DNA from: an uncultured Solirubrobacteraceae bacterium | GTDB taxonomy: Bacteria > Actinomycetota > Thermoleophilia > Solirubrobacterales > Solirubrobacteraceae | Reading direction: 5' to 3' | DNA: 64,000 nt | Assembly (NCBI GenBank): GCA_963846255.1 | Contig: CAWJVE010000001.1 | Span: 2,659-66,658, forward strand | Part shown: piece by piece, positions 31,306 through 41,268 of the stretch | Layout of the letters: each line of letters starts with the position of its first letter | Numbering within the stretch: the first letter of the stretch is position 1 | The notes under the pieces: model-generated | Seen by the model: the letters and a program-made list of their open reading frames with translations, nothing else | Databases searched by the model: none | What the model was told of the DNA's origin: nothing | Program-made: the position numbers and the translations under genes

Positions 31306-32251
31306 GCGAAGACCGTCGTCTTCCAGCGCCACTTCGAGCGCTTCCAGGGCGGCCACCTGAAGGTCTTTCACTACTTCGAGCACGTGCGCAGCTCCCCCGC
31401 GCATCGCGCCCTGATCCGCTTCTCCAGTGACTCCTACTGGGGCCCGGAGAACCCCTGGTGGCCGTTCTCCGACGCTGTGCTCGCGCCGGATGATCCGACG
31501 GTCGGCGATATCCGCTTCCTCGCCGGAATGGACTGGCGCGCGGTGCCCCCGGCGCAGCGCGAGGACCCACCGGTGCCGGTGATCAACCTGATCCAGGGCT
31601 TTCGCCACGCGCGCCCGCAGAGCCCGGCCTTCGAGTTCCTGCGCCACCGGGCGATCCGCCTGTGCGTGAGCCCCGAGCTCGAGCAGGCCCTGAGCGGGAT
31701 CGACGTCGTCCGCGGGCCGGTGATGACGATCCCGATCGGCCTCGACGTCGAGCGCCTGCCCGCACCGCGCCCGCTCGAGCAGCGCGAGCTCGACTGCCTG
31801 GTGCTCGCCGTCAAGGCGCCACGCCTGGGCGCCGCCGTGGCTGAGGGCCTGCGCCGGCGCGGTCAGCGGGTGATGCTCGTCGACCGGCTCCTACCCAGGG
31901 AGCAGCTGATCGAGGGTCTGGCGGGGGCCCGCGTGAGCGTCCACCTGCCGGTGCTCGTCGAGGGCGCCTACCTGCCGGCGCTGGAGAGCATGGCGCTCGA
32001 CACGCTCGTGGTCTGCCCGGACTGCGTCGGCAACCGCTCCTTCTGTAGGGACGGGGAGACGTGTCTGGTGCCCGAACGCAGCGAGGCCGACCTGCTGCGG
32101 GCGGCCGGCGAGCTACTGGCGGCCGGGCCCCGAGCAGCGCCGGGTGCTGCTGGAGGGCGGCCGTGAAGAGGTGCAGCGCCACGCGCTCGTGCAGGAGCGC
32201 CGCGAGTTCCTGGAGATCCTGGGCCGCGTGCCGGAGCTCTGGCTAGCATGA
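31306..32251 (+). CDS. GT-B (GT4-like) glycosyltransferase (indels at the start and near 32130)
   Basis: FQGGHLKVFHYF N-terminus, EGAYLPALESMA, GNRSFCRDGETCL. The C-terminus LEILGRVPELWLA* is in a shifted frame. Confidence 0.7.
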
Positions 32252-32299
32252 GCTTCCCGCCCCCGAGGGCGGCCACCACGGGATAGGCGGGACAGGAAG

Positions 32300-33112
32300 G
32301 TGCTCTACATCGTCACGGTGCACTACCGCTCGCCGCGGTGGATCGAGATCCAGCACCGCTACCTACGCCGCCACATCCAGGTGCCGTTTCAGGTGTGGAC
32401 CTCGCTGGAGGGCATCGACGGCTCCTACGGGCGCTACTTCGACCGCGTCCTCGAGCAGCGGGGCCTCCACGCCGCAAAGCTCAATCACCTTGCGATGGAG
32501 GTCACCCACGAGGCCACCGACGATGACCTGCTGATGTTCCTGGACGGCGACGCCTTCACGATCGCCGACCCGATGCCGCTGATCGAGGAGAGCCTGCAGC
32601 GAGCCCCGCTGCTGGCCGTTCGCCGCGCCGAGAACGTGGACGAGCCACAGCCGCATCCGAGCTTCTGCGTCACGACCGTGAGTACCTGGCGCTCGCTCCC
32701 CGGGGACTGGACCGCGGGTCCCACCTGGACCGGTGCCCACGGCCGACCGACGAGCGACGTGGGCGCCAACCTGCTGCGCAAGCTCGAGCTCTCCCAGACC
32801 CCATGGGTCCAGGTGCTGCGCTCCAACCGGCGCAACCCCGACCCGCTGCACTTCGCCATCTACGGGGGGGTCGTTTACCACCACGGCGCGGGGTTCCGCG
32901 CGGGCGAGCTCAGCCCCGCCCACCGCGACCACGCGCCGGCGGCCCCGGCACGGCCGGGCTTCGCGCCCGCGAGGCCGCTCGCGCGCCTCTACGGCGGCCT
33001 GCGCTGGCGGCGCTGGGAACGCTCGACGAGCGCCCGCCTGGTGCGGGAGTCCGAGCGTGTGTACGGCGAGATCGCCTCCGGCGGGGAAGGCTGGCTGGGC
33101 GAGCTCGCCTGA
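32300..33112 (+). CDS. Hypothetical protein, possible GT-A fold glycosyltransferase
   Basis: Clean 270-aa ORF with MLYIVTVHY, LMFLDGDAF (DxD), PHPSFC, VYHHGAGFR. Confidence 0.55.
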   Translation: MLYIVTVHYRSPRWIEIQHRYLRRHIQVPFQVWTSLEGIDGSYGRYFDRVLEQRGLHAAKLNHLAMEVTHEATDDDLLMFLDGDAFTIADPMPLIEESLQRAPLLAVRRAENVDEPQPHPSFCVTTVSTWRSLPGDWTAGPTWTGAHGRPTSDVGANLLRKLELSQTPWVQVLRSNRRNPDPLHFAIYGGVVYHHGAGFRAGELSPAHRDHAPAAPARPGFAPARPLARLYGGLRWRRWERSTSARLVRESERVYGEIASGGEGWLGELA

Positions 33113-33127
33113 CGGCGAGCGTGTGCC

Positions 33128-33943
33128 TCAGCCCGCGCGGAAGGCGCTCGAGCGGCGCGAGGCGATCTCGTAGGTCAGCGCTTCGGAGACGGTGGCGTGC
33201 AGGCCCCGGGTCCGCACCACCACCCGTACCGTCGCCGAGCCGGAGACCGAGAACGAGTGCAGCAGCGTGTAGCTCCCGTCCGCCTGCACCAGCCCGCGGG
33301 CGATCGGGCGCCAGACTTCCGGGCGGCGCCGGCTCTGGCGCTGGAGGACCACCCGTGCGCCGGGTAGTGCCGGGGTGACGGTCCCGCGGAAGGCGAGCTG
33401 GGTCGCGGTCCCGTCGAGGCGTGCACGGCGAGTGAGGAGCGGGAGCTCCGAGCCCGCGGGTGCCGGCCCCGTGAGGGTCACGGCGGCGGCCCCTACGACC
33501 ACGCGCGTGCGGGCGCTGCGCGCGCCGAGGGCTTCGGCCCAGAAGCTGCTGACCCGTTCGAGCCCCGACGCGGTCGTGAAGCCGAAGTGGCCCGTTTCGT
33601 CGGTGGTCGCGCTGCCGGCGAGCGTGGTCCCCCGCGTCCCGGCCGTGCGCTGCTCGATCGTGACCGTCTGCAGGGCCGCCGCCGCGGGTTCCGGGCAGGT
33701 GAGCGTTCCGTTGAGGGTCGCGGCTTCACCGGCGTGCAGCGAGGGGGAGAGGGGGACGAGCGTGACCGAGCACGCTTCCAGCGTCTCCGCTTCACCCGTG
33801 CCGGGCGCTGGCACTTCGCCGGCCCCGGGTGCCGGGGGAGCGGCTTCGGTGAGCAGGCGGCGCGCCGCGTGGGCGGTGCCGGCCGGCACGAGCGCGAGCG
33901 CGAGCGCGAGCGCGACGGCGCGTCCTGCGTAACGAGCGTCCAC
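33128..33943 (-). CDS. Secreted hypothetical protein with Ig-like beta-sandwich repeats
   Basis: Signal peptide AVALALALALVPAGTAHAA; two modules LNGTL..VTIEQR..TDETGHFGF and FRGTV..VVLQR..VQADGSYTL. Confidence 0.6.
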   Translation of the reverse strand: MDARYAGRAVALALALALVPAGTAHAARRLLTEAAPPAPGAGEVPAPGTGEAETLEACSVTLVPLSPSLHAGEAATLNGTLTCPEPAAAALQTVTIEQRTAGTRGTTLAGSATTDETGHFGFTTASGLERVSSFWAEALGARSARTRVVVGAAAVTLTGPAPAGSELPLLTRRARLDGTATQLAFRGTVTPALPGARVVLQRQSRRRPEVWRPIARGLVQADGSYTLLHSFSVSGSATVRVVVRTRGLHATVSEALTYEIASRRSSAFRAG

Positions 33944-34037
33944 AGGGGCCCATCGGCAGCCGCCGGGACGGGCTTGAACCCGCGCGCTGCTCGCTGGCCC
34001 GGGCTCAAGACGCCGCGCGCTCCCAGGTGGTGGGCGC

Positions 34038-36371
34038 CTAGCCGCCCGCCACCGCCAGGGCCCGCTCGTAGACCTCTTCGAGGCGGCGGGCGATGACCTC
34101 CGGGTGGTAGGCCGAGATCGCCTCACGGGCCGCGCCGGAGAGGCGCTCGCGGGCATCCGGGTCCTGACCAAGCTCGCGCATCGCCGAGGCCAGGAGCCGC
34201 TGGTCGCCCATCCGGAACAGGCGCCCCGTGCGGCCATCCTCGATCACAGTGGCGGGCCCGCCCTGGTCGGGGGCCAGCACCGTCAGCCCGGCGGCCATCC
34301 CCTCGAGCACCACGGTCCCGAAGGGCTCCGGGATCGTCGAGGCGTGAACGAGCACGTCGAGCCGTGCCAGCTCGCGCCAGATGTCCTCCTGGAAGCCGCG
34401 GAAGGAAACCCGCTCGCGGAGGCCGAGGCTGTCCACCAACTCGGTGCAGGGAGCGCTCATAGTCCTGCTCGCCGAACATCGGCGAGCCGATCAGCACGGC
34501 GCTCTCACTCGCCTCCCGGGAAGGCCTCGGCGAAGGCGCGCAGGAACAGGTCCTGGCCCTTCCAGGGCGCGATCCGGCCGAGCATCCCGAAGGTCGTGTG
34601 GGCGTGTGGCGAGCGGGGCAAGGGCGAGGGCTCGACCGACGCCGGGATCACCCAGCTGTCCGCCGGGGCGCTGCCGTCGAGCGTCGCCAGGGTGGCGTCG
34701 GAGTTGGCGATCACGGCCACGGTCAGGCGCCGAACGAGCGCCCGCACAAGCCTCACGGCTGCCGGCGGGATGTAGTCCTCGGCGACACGGTCGCGGACGT
34801 GCCATACGACCGGGACGCCGGCGAGCCGGGCCGCGAGGCTCCCGTAGACGCCGGACTTCAGTGAGTTGGTGTGGACCAGATCAGGCGCCAGCCGGCGCAG
34901 GCGGTGCGCCAGCCGCAGCGATGTAGGAGGCCGTGCTCCAGGCGCTCCCGAGCGCTCCCGCTCCGGGTCGCACCTGCTCGCGGCGCAGGTCGCGCGCGGC
35001 GGCGGCGATCGGCATCACCTCGACTGACACGCCGGCCTTCACGAGCCTCTCGGCCAGCGGCCCTTCCTCGCCCAGGATCACATGGGCGTTGACGCCCCGC
35101 AGGTGCGGAAGCAGGCGGCTGAGCTGGATCTCCCCGCCGGACAGCCGGGCCACGTGGTCGAGGTACACCACCCGGGGGCGCGGGTCGGGCCTGCGCTCCA
35201 GCAGCGAGCGGTACAGCTCGCGGTGGCGGTCGGCCACCGCCGACCAGGAGTGATCCTCGGCGAACCGGCGCGTGCGCTCGCGGCCGGGGAGATGGCCGGC
35301 GGCAGCCTGCCGCAGGCGCCCGGCCAGGGCCCCCGCGTCCCCCGGCGCGACCAGCAGCGAGCGGTCGAGCTCGAGCGCGGCCTCGGCCAGCCCGCCGACA
35401 TCGCTGACGATGCTGGGGGTGCCGCAGGCGGCGGCCTCCAGCACCACCAGCCCGTAGCCCTCCAGCGCGACCGTGGGCACGACCGCCACGTCGGCCCCGC
35501 GGTAGGCGTCGATGAGCTCGGCGTCGCTGACGCGGCCCAGCACGCGCACGCGGCCGGCCAGCGGCGCCCGCCCGGCGCGCTCGCCCAGCTGCTCGCGCAG
35601 CGGCCCGTCGCCGACCAGCAGCAGCGTCGAGCCCTCCGGCAGCACGCCCTCGAGCTCGCCCCACGCGTCGAGCAGCACGTCGAGCCCCATGCGGGGGACC
35701 AGCCTGCGCGTGCACACCGCCACGAACGCCCCCGGGGCGAGACCCAGCTGCGCCCGCGCCCGCTCGCGGTCGCCGGGGGTGAACAGCTCCAGCGACACTC
35801 CCGGAGCCAGCACGTGCACCCCCCATGGACGCACTCGGTAGCGCTCCACCAGCACTCTGCGAAAGGCCGAGGACAGGACCACGTGGGCGTCGATGCGGGC
35901 GTGCACGCGGCGCTCCAAGGCCGCCCGCAGGCGGTGGCGCAGCCGCGAGCTGTCACCCGCGACGACGTTCTCATCCGCCCACGGGCCCTGGAAGTGGAAC
36001 ACCTTCGGGATCCCGCCGGCGCCACCGAGCAGCAGCGGGGCGGCGGCGTACAGGGCGAAGTGGGCGTCGAGCAGCTCGGCGCCGGAGCGGGCCCGCGCGG
36101 TGGCCCGTCTGAAGCCCAGCAGCCGCCGCGCCAGCGACGCCTGCGGCCCGGCGATGACCGCCACCGACGGGGGCGCATCGTCGGCCGGGCCGATCACCAC
36201 CCCACGCGCGTCCTGGAGCTGTTCGAACAAGGCCCGGTAGTAGCGGTTCAGCCCTCCGAGGGTGGCGGGGAACCAGCCCATGCCCAGCATCAGCACGCGG
36301 GGGTCGCGCTCGGGGCGCCCCTCGGGCGAGGGTCCGCGGGGCGCGTGGCTGTGGCTGCTGGTCTCCGTCAC
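34038..36371 (-). CDS. Tandem GT4-GT4 glycosyltransferase fusion (frameshifts in the second half)
   Basis: Domain 1 GGLNRY...EGYGLVVLEAAACG runs in frame into domain 2 VVYLDHVARLSGGEI, which continues GRIAPWKGQD and EPFGTVVLEGMAAG in shifted frames. Confidence 0.8.
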
Positions 36372-36640
36372 CGTGCTCGTCCTTGCAAAATCGGGATTCG
36401 CGCCGTACTGTAGGAGGCGGGCCTGCCGTCGGGGTTTGGGGACTCGCAGAGGCTCGAAACAGCAGACCGGCGCTCTGCGCGAAGTGCCTTCGACCACCTG
36501 CACCCGAGACCACCAGCACGGATGCCCGACATCACCGACCTCCTGCGCCGGCACGCGCTGCGGGCGCCTCTACCCGGTCTCGCCAAGCTCTACAATGAGC
36601 CCATCCGCGAGGGCGATGGGGCCATCCTCGAGGGCCAGCG

Positions 36641-38665
36641 ATGACCGGTACCAACGGAACCTCGGGCACTAACGGAAACGGCGGCGCGCCGTCCAGCGAG
36701 CGCCGCGGGGCTGCGATCGTCGCCGAGGAGGCCAGGGACGCCTTCCGCCGGCTGACCGAGAGGCCCGCCGACCTGCTGCGCTTCGCCACCGCGGGCTCGG
36801 TCGACGACGGCAAGAGCACCCTGATCGGGCGCCTGCTGTATGACAGCAAGCAGGTTCTCAGCGACCAGCTGGCTCACGTCGAGCAGACCAGCCAGCGGAT
36901 GGGCCATGACTTCCTCGACCTCTCGCTGCTGACCGACGGCCTGCGCGCCGAGCGCGAGCAGGGGATCACGATCGACGTCGCCTACCGGTACTTCGCGACC
37001 GCCCAGCGGCGGTTCATCATCGCCGACACCCCCGGGCACGAGCAGTACACCCGCAACATGGTCACGGGCGCCTCCACGGCGGACCTCGCGATCGTGCTTG
37101 TGGACGCCCGCAAGGGTGTCGTCGCCCAGTCCAAGCGGCACGCCTTCATCAGCTCGATGCTGGGGATCCCGCACGTGGTGGTGTGCGTCAACAAGATGGA
37201 CCTCGTCGACTACGACGAGGGCGTCTTCGACACGATCGTGGAGGAGTTCGACCGCTTCGCCGCCCGCCTGGAGATGCCCGACGTGACGTTCATCCCGATC
37301 TCGGCGCTGCTGGGCGACAACGTGGTGGAGCGCTCCGAGGCGATGCCCTGGTACCAGGGCCCGCCGCTGCTCTACCACCTCGAGCACGTCCACATCGCCT
37401 CCGACCGCAATCTGATCGACGTCCGCTTCCCGGTCCAGTGGGTGATCCGCCCGCCGGCCAGCAGCGGGATCGACTACCGCGCCTACGCCGGCCAGGTCGC
37501 CGGTGGCGTCATCCGTCCCGGCGACGAGGTCGTGGTGCTGCCGAGCGGCCAGCACTCGACGGTGGCCGGGATCGACACCTACGACGGGCCCGTGCAGGAG
37601 GCCTTCCCGGCGATGTCGGTGGCGATCCGGCTGGGCGACGACATCGACGTCTCGCGTGGCAGTACGATCGTGCGCAAGCAGAACCAGCCCACGGTCTCCA
37701 ACAGCTTCGAGTGCCTGCTGTGCTGGATGTCCGAGGAGCCCCTCAGCCCGCGGCGGCGGTACGCCGTCAAGCACACGACCAGCAGCGCGATGCTCAGCGG
37801 GGTGGATCTGCGCTACCGCATCGACGTCGAGACCCTGCACCGCGACGAGGCCGCCGAGACGCTGCACCTGAACGACCTCGCCCGCGTCCACATGCGTCTC
37901 AGCTCGCCGCTGGTGTTCGACTCCTACCGCCGAAACCGGCTCACCGGCAGCCTCATCATCATCGACGAGGCGACCAACGAAACGGTCGCGGCCGGGGTGA
38001 TCCTGGACACCGAGGTCGAAGGCCCCGCGGCCACCACCAAGACCGAGCGCAGCCCCAACGTCCGCTGGCAGGGCTCGCGGATGACCCGCGAACGGCGCTG
38101 GACGATGCTCGGCCACACGGGTGCCACGGTGTGGTTCACGGGCTTGCCGGGGGCCGGCAAGTCGACCATCGCGGCGGCGGTCGAGGAGCGCCTGATCGCC
38201 GCCGGTCAGCCGTCCTTCCTGCTCGACGGCGACAACCTCCGCCACGGGCTCAACGGCGACCTCGGCTTCGACGAGGAGGCGCGCACCGAGAACGTGCGCC
38301 GCACCTCACACGTGGCCAAGCTGCTCGCCGAGTCGGGGTCGGTCGCGCTCGTGAGCCTGGTGAGCCCATACGCAGCCGACCGCCGGGCAGCCGCTGCGCT
38401 GCACGGCGATGCCGAGCTCGGGTTCCTCGAAATCTTCCTCAGCGCCACGCTGGAGCTGTGCCAGGAGCGCGACCCCAAGGGCCTCTACGCGCGCGCTCGC
38501 TCGGGCGAACTGGCGGGCATGACGGGCGTGGGGGCACCGTATGAGGTGCCCACCGAGCCGGACCTCGTTCTCTGCAGCCAGACCGAAACGGTCGAGGAAG
38601 AGGTCGACCGCGTGATCGAGCTGCTCATCGAGCGGGGCCTGATCTCGCCGCTGGGCGGCGAGTAG
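36641..38665 (+). CDS. cysNC: Bifunctional sulfate adenylyltransferase subunit 1 / APS kinase (CysN-CysC, NodQ-like)
   Basis: GSVDDGKST, AEREQGITIDVAYRYF, DTPGH, NKMD; C-terminal WFTGLPGAGKST, LDGDNLRHGL, RDPKGLY. Confidence 0.96.
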   Translation: MTGTNGTSGTNGNGGAPSSERRGAAIVAEEARDAFRRLTERPADLLRFATAGSVDDGKSTLIGRLLYDSKQVLSDQLAHVEQTSQRMGHDFLDLSLLTDGLRAEREQGITIDVAYRYFATAQRRFIIADTPGHEQYTRNMVTGASTADLAIVLVDARKGVVAQSKRHAFISSMLGIPHVVVCVNKMDLVDYDEGVFDTIVEEFDRFAARLEMPDVTFIPISALLGDNVVERSEAMPWYQGPPLLYHLEHVHIASDRNLIDVRFPVQWVIRPPASSGIDYRAYAGQVAGGVIRPGDEVVVLPSGQHSTVAGIDTYDGPVQEAFPAMSVAIRLGDDIDVSRGSTIVRKQNQPTVSNSFECLLCWMSEEPLSPRRRYAVKHTTSSAMLSGVDLRYRIDVETLHRDEAAETLHLNDLARVHMRLSSPLVFDSYRRNRLTGSLIIIDEATNETVAAGVILDTEVEGPAATTKTERSPNVRWQGSRMTRERRWTMLGHTGATVWFTGLPGAGKSTIAAAVEERLIAAGQPSFLLDGDNLRHGLNGDLGFDEEARTENVRRTSHVAKLLAESGSVALVSLVSPYAADRRAAAALHGDAELGFLEIFLSATLELCQERDPKGLYARARSGELAGMTGVGAPYEVPTEPDLVLCSQTETVEEEVDRVIELLIERGLISPLGGE

Positions 38666-38711
38666 CCGCCCGACCCCAGACCCGCCCGGCGCGCGGCACT
38701 GCCGCGGGCGC

Positions 38712-39783
38712 TCAGCCTTTGTGCTTGGAGGGCGCGGCCTTCAGCGAGACCGACGAGCTCGCGCCCGACTGCAGCGGCTTGTTGCGCAGGTCGACGTAGG
38801 CGCGGTAGTGGCCGCTGTGTGCAACCTTCACCACCACGCTGAAGCGGGACATCGTCCTGGTGGCCTTCACCGCGATGGTGCTGAACTGGGTCACGAAGCG
38901 GCTCGTGCGTTCGGAGGTCTTTTCGTTGTTGCCGGGCCGGGCGGCTTTGCTCAGCTGGATCAGCACGTGGGCACCGGTCACGGACGGGGATGATCGTCCC
39001 GTACAGGCGCACCAGCCCGGGGGCGGAGCTGTGGCGCACGTGCAACGCGACGATCGGGGTGACCTGCTGCTTGATGACGCCGCTGTACTGAGGCCGGGGC
39101 CCGGTGGTGATGATCCGGAACTCGGCGCTCGTCTGCAGCGAGGACAGGTGGAAGCTGAAGGCGCCGCTGGCGCTCGTAGTGACCGGTGAGGTGACCGTCG
39201 CGAATTCCGACAGGTACGGGAACGCGGTCTCCTGCAGCACGAGCCCGAGCCCGGCGCTGCCGAAACCGGTGACGGTGCCGCTCAGCGCGAAGGAGTGCTT
39301 GTACGGGATCGGCGCCAGCGACTTCGGCATCTGGAACTTGACCTTGCGCGACTTCGAGCCGAAGACGCGGTCCTTGCCGACTCGGGCGTTCCCGTTGGAG
39401 GCGGAGTTGAAGGCGACGACCCTGTAGTGGTAGCCGGGCTGCAGGCCGCCGGTGATCTGGCCCACTTTGATGCGCGTGGTGGCCGCCGGCAGCACCTGCG
39501 GCGGCGTCGAGGACCCATAGGCGGTGGTCGGCCCGTACTGGAAGAAGTAGGTGGTCGGGAGGCCGTGGGGATAGACGGTGCCCTCGAGCTCGGCGGTCGA
39601 GCCCCGCACGTGGGTGACTCCGTCGGTGGCCGCCTGTGGCGGGCCCGTGGAGGCCGCCAGCGCCGACGGCAGCCAGGATGCGAGGGCGGCGCACGTCACG
39701 AGCGCGGCGAGGATCGCGCCGGCGCGGCGGCCTCGCGGCGCTCGCGGCCGCAGGCGGGGCGCTTGGCTGTCGTTGACGGTCAT
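38712..39783 (-). CDS. Secreted fibronectin/Ig-like domain protein (frameshift near 38985)
   Basis: Signal peptide; FN3-like GTVYPHGLPTTYFFQYGPTTAYG...GLQPGYHYRVVAFN; further beta modules; ends VSLKAAPSKHKG*. Confidence 0.7.
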
Positions 39784-39889
39784 CGCTGAGTGAGCGCTCG
39801 GAGGGTCGGCACGGGCGTGCCGTACCCTGATGGAACACGTCGTTGCCGTCAAGGATGCGGTGGCGCCAGCCGGCGGGCGCTCGGACCGC

Positions 39890-39907
39890 CTTCACAATTT
39901 GATCACG
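39890..39907 (+). promoter_or_regulatory. PHO-box-like 11-bp direct repeat upstream of the phosphoesterase operon
   Basis: CTTCACaatttGATCAC, followed by a -10-like TACGCT at 39933. Confidence 0.45.
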
Positions 39908-40002
39908 CCGGGCGGTCGCGGGCGCCCGACCATACGCTACGAGGAGCCGTGCGCGCCTAGAGCGTCGGTCGTCCTCGACCACCCGACCAGAGGGCCCGCG
40001 TC

Positions 40003-40875
40003 CTGTCCACCGAACCGTCCACCGAACCGCTAGCGCGCGAGGCCCCAGAGGCGGATCAAGCCGCCGCGCGCTGCCCGGCCTGCAACGGCCCGATAGCAGC
40101 CGACCAGCGCTACTGCCTGGAGTGCGGAGAGCGCCTGGCGCCGATCAGCGGCTTCCTGATGGGCCGCGGCTCGCAGCAGACCCAGCAGGAGCAGACCCCC
40201 ACCGCACCGCCCGACGCGCCGCCGACGGCGGCGCCCCGCAGCAACCTGCTGGGCGTGCTCGCGGGCGTCGGCGTGCTGCTGCTGGCGATGGGCGTCGGCG
40301 TGCTGATCGGGCGCGCCGGGAAATCCCCCACGGCGGCCAAGCCGGTGGTGATCAGCGGGGCCGCGCCCGCGACCGGGACCGGCCCGGGCGCCACCGAAGC
40401 CGCCTTCACCAGCGACTGGCCCGCCTCGCGCAGCGGCTACACGGTGCAGCTGAGCACGCTGCCCTCGTCGAGCACGGTGGCGGCCGTGACCGCCGCCAAG
40501 ACCGCGGCCACGGCCAAGGGGGCTCCGGCGGTCGGAGCGCTCGCGTCCAGCGAATTCGCCAGCCTCGCGTCGGGGAGCTACGTGATCTACTCGGGCGACT
40601 ACCACAGCCCCGCCCAGGCACAGAAGGCGCTTTCCCACTTGCGGGCCAAGTTCCCGGCGGCCAAGGCGATCCACGTCTCGGGCGGCGGCTCGGGAGCAGG
40701 TGGGTCCGGCGGGTCCGGGAGCGCCTCGAAGGGCGGGTCCTCGGGTGGGTCCTCCCACGGGGGAGGAAGCCTCAATCACCCGGCACCGCCGTCTGCGCTC
40801 AAAAGCCTGAAAGGCAAAGGCAAGAACTACGTGGAAGCGTCCAAGAACCTTCCCAACGTGGTCGAAACGGGATGA
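40003..40875 (+). CDS. Zinc-ribbon, single-TM, SPOR-like extracellular domain protein
   Basis: In frame upstream of the listed ORF is CPACNGPIAADQRYCLECGERL. TM LLGVLAGVGVLLLAMGVGVLIG; YTVQL...YVIYSGDYHSPAQAQKAL. The start is uncertain (CTG at 40003). Confidence 0.6.
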   Translation: MSTEPSTEPLAREAPEADQAAARCPACNGPIAADQRYCLECGERLAPISGFLMGRGSQQTQQEQTPTAPPDAPPTAAPRSNLLGVLAGVGVLLLAMGVGVLIGRAGKSPTAAKPVVISGAAPATGTGPGATEAAFTSDWPASRSGYTVQLSTLPSSSTVAAVTAAKTAATAKGAPAVGALASSEFASLASGSYVIYSGDYHSPAQAQKALSHLRAKFPAAKAIHVSGGGSGAGGSGGSGSASKGGSSGGSSHGGGSLNHPAPPSALKSLKGKGKNYVEASKNLPNVVETG

Positions 40876-40908
40876 GCTCCGCGCCGCGCCCGGGGGAGCG
40901 CTAGGCGG

Positions 40909-41268
40909 ATGGGGCCCCTGCGCGACTCGATCGACACGCGCCTGTCGCTGGAGCGAAGGCGAGAGGCGCTCTCCCAGCAGGTGGCGGAGCTGCACTGGGA
41001 CCTGGGCGGCCTCACCTATGAGATGGCGATCCGCGACCACTTCCGCCTCGACGTGCTCGTGCGCCGGGCGGCCGTGCTGCAGGAGCGCGACGCCGAACTC
41101 GCCGAGGTGGAGCGGCTGCTGGGCTCGCCCGAGGAGCTGGCGGGGACGCGCTGTCCGGCCTGCTCGGCTCCGCACAGCCGCGGCGCCCAGTTCTGCTGGC
41201 AGTGCGGCGAGCGGCTGATGGAGGAACTGCCCAGCTCGCTGAGCGAGCGCTCGCAGAACGGGCTGTGA
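40909..41268 (+). CDS. Zinc-ribbon domain protein
   Basis: Coiled-coil N-terminus followed by CPACSAPHSRGAQFCWQCG. Confidence 0.75.
   Translation: MGPLRDSIDTRLSLERRREALSQQVAELHWDLGGLTYEMAIRDHFRLDVLVRRAAVLQERDAELAEVERLLGSPEELAGTRCPACSAPHSRGAQFCWQCGERLMEELPSSLSERSQNGL

Noticed and set aside
33888-33915. GCGAGC tandem repeat
   Set aside because: It simply encodes the ALALAL stretch of a signal peptide.
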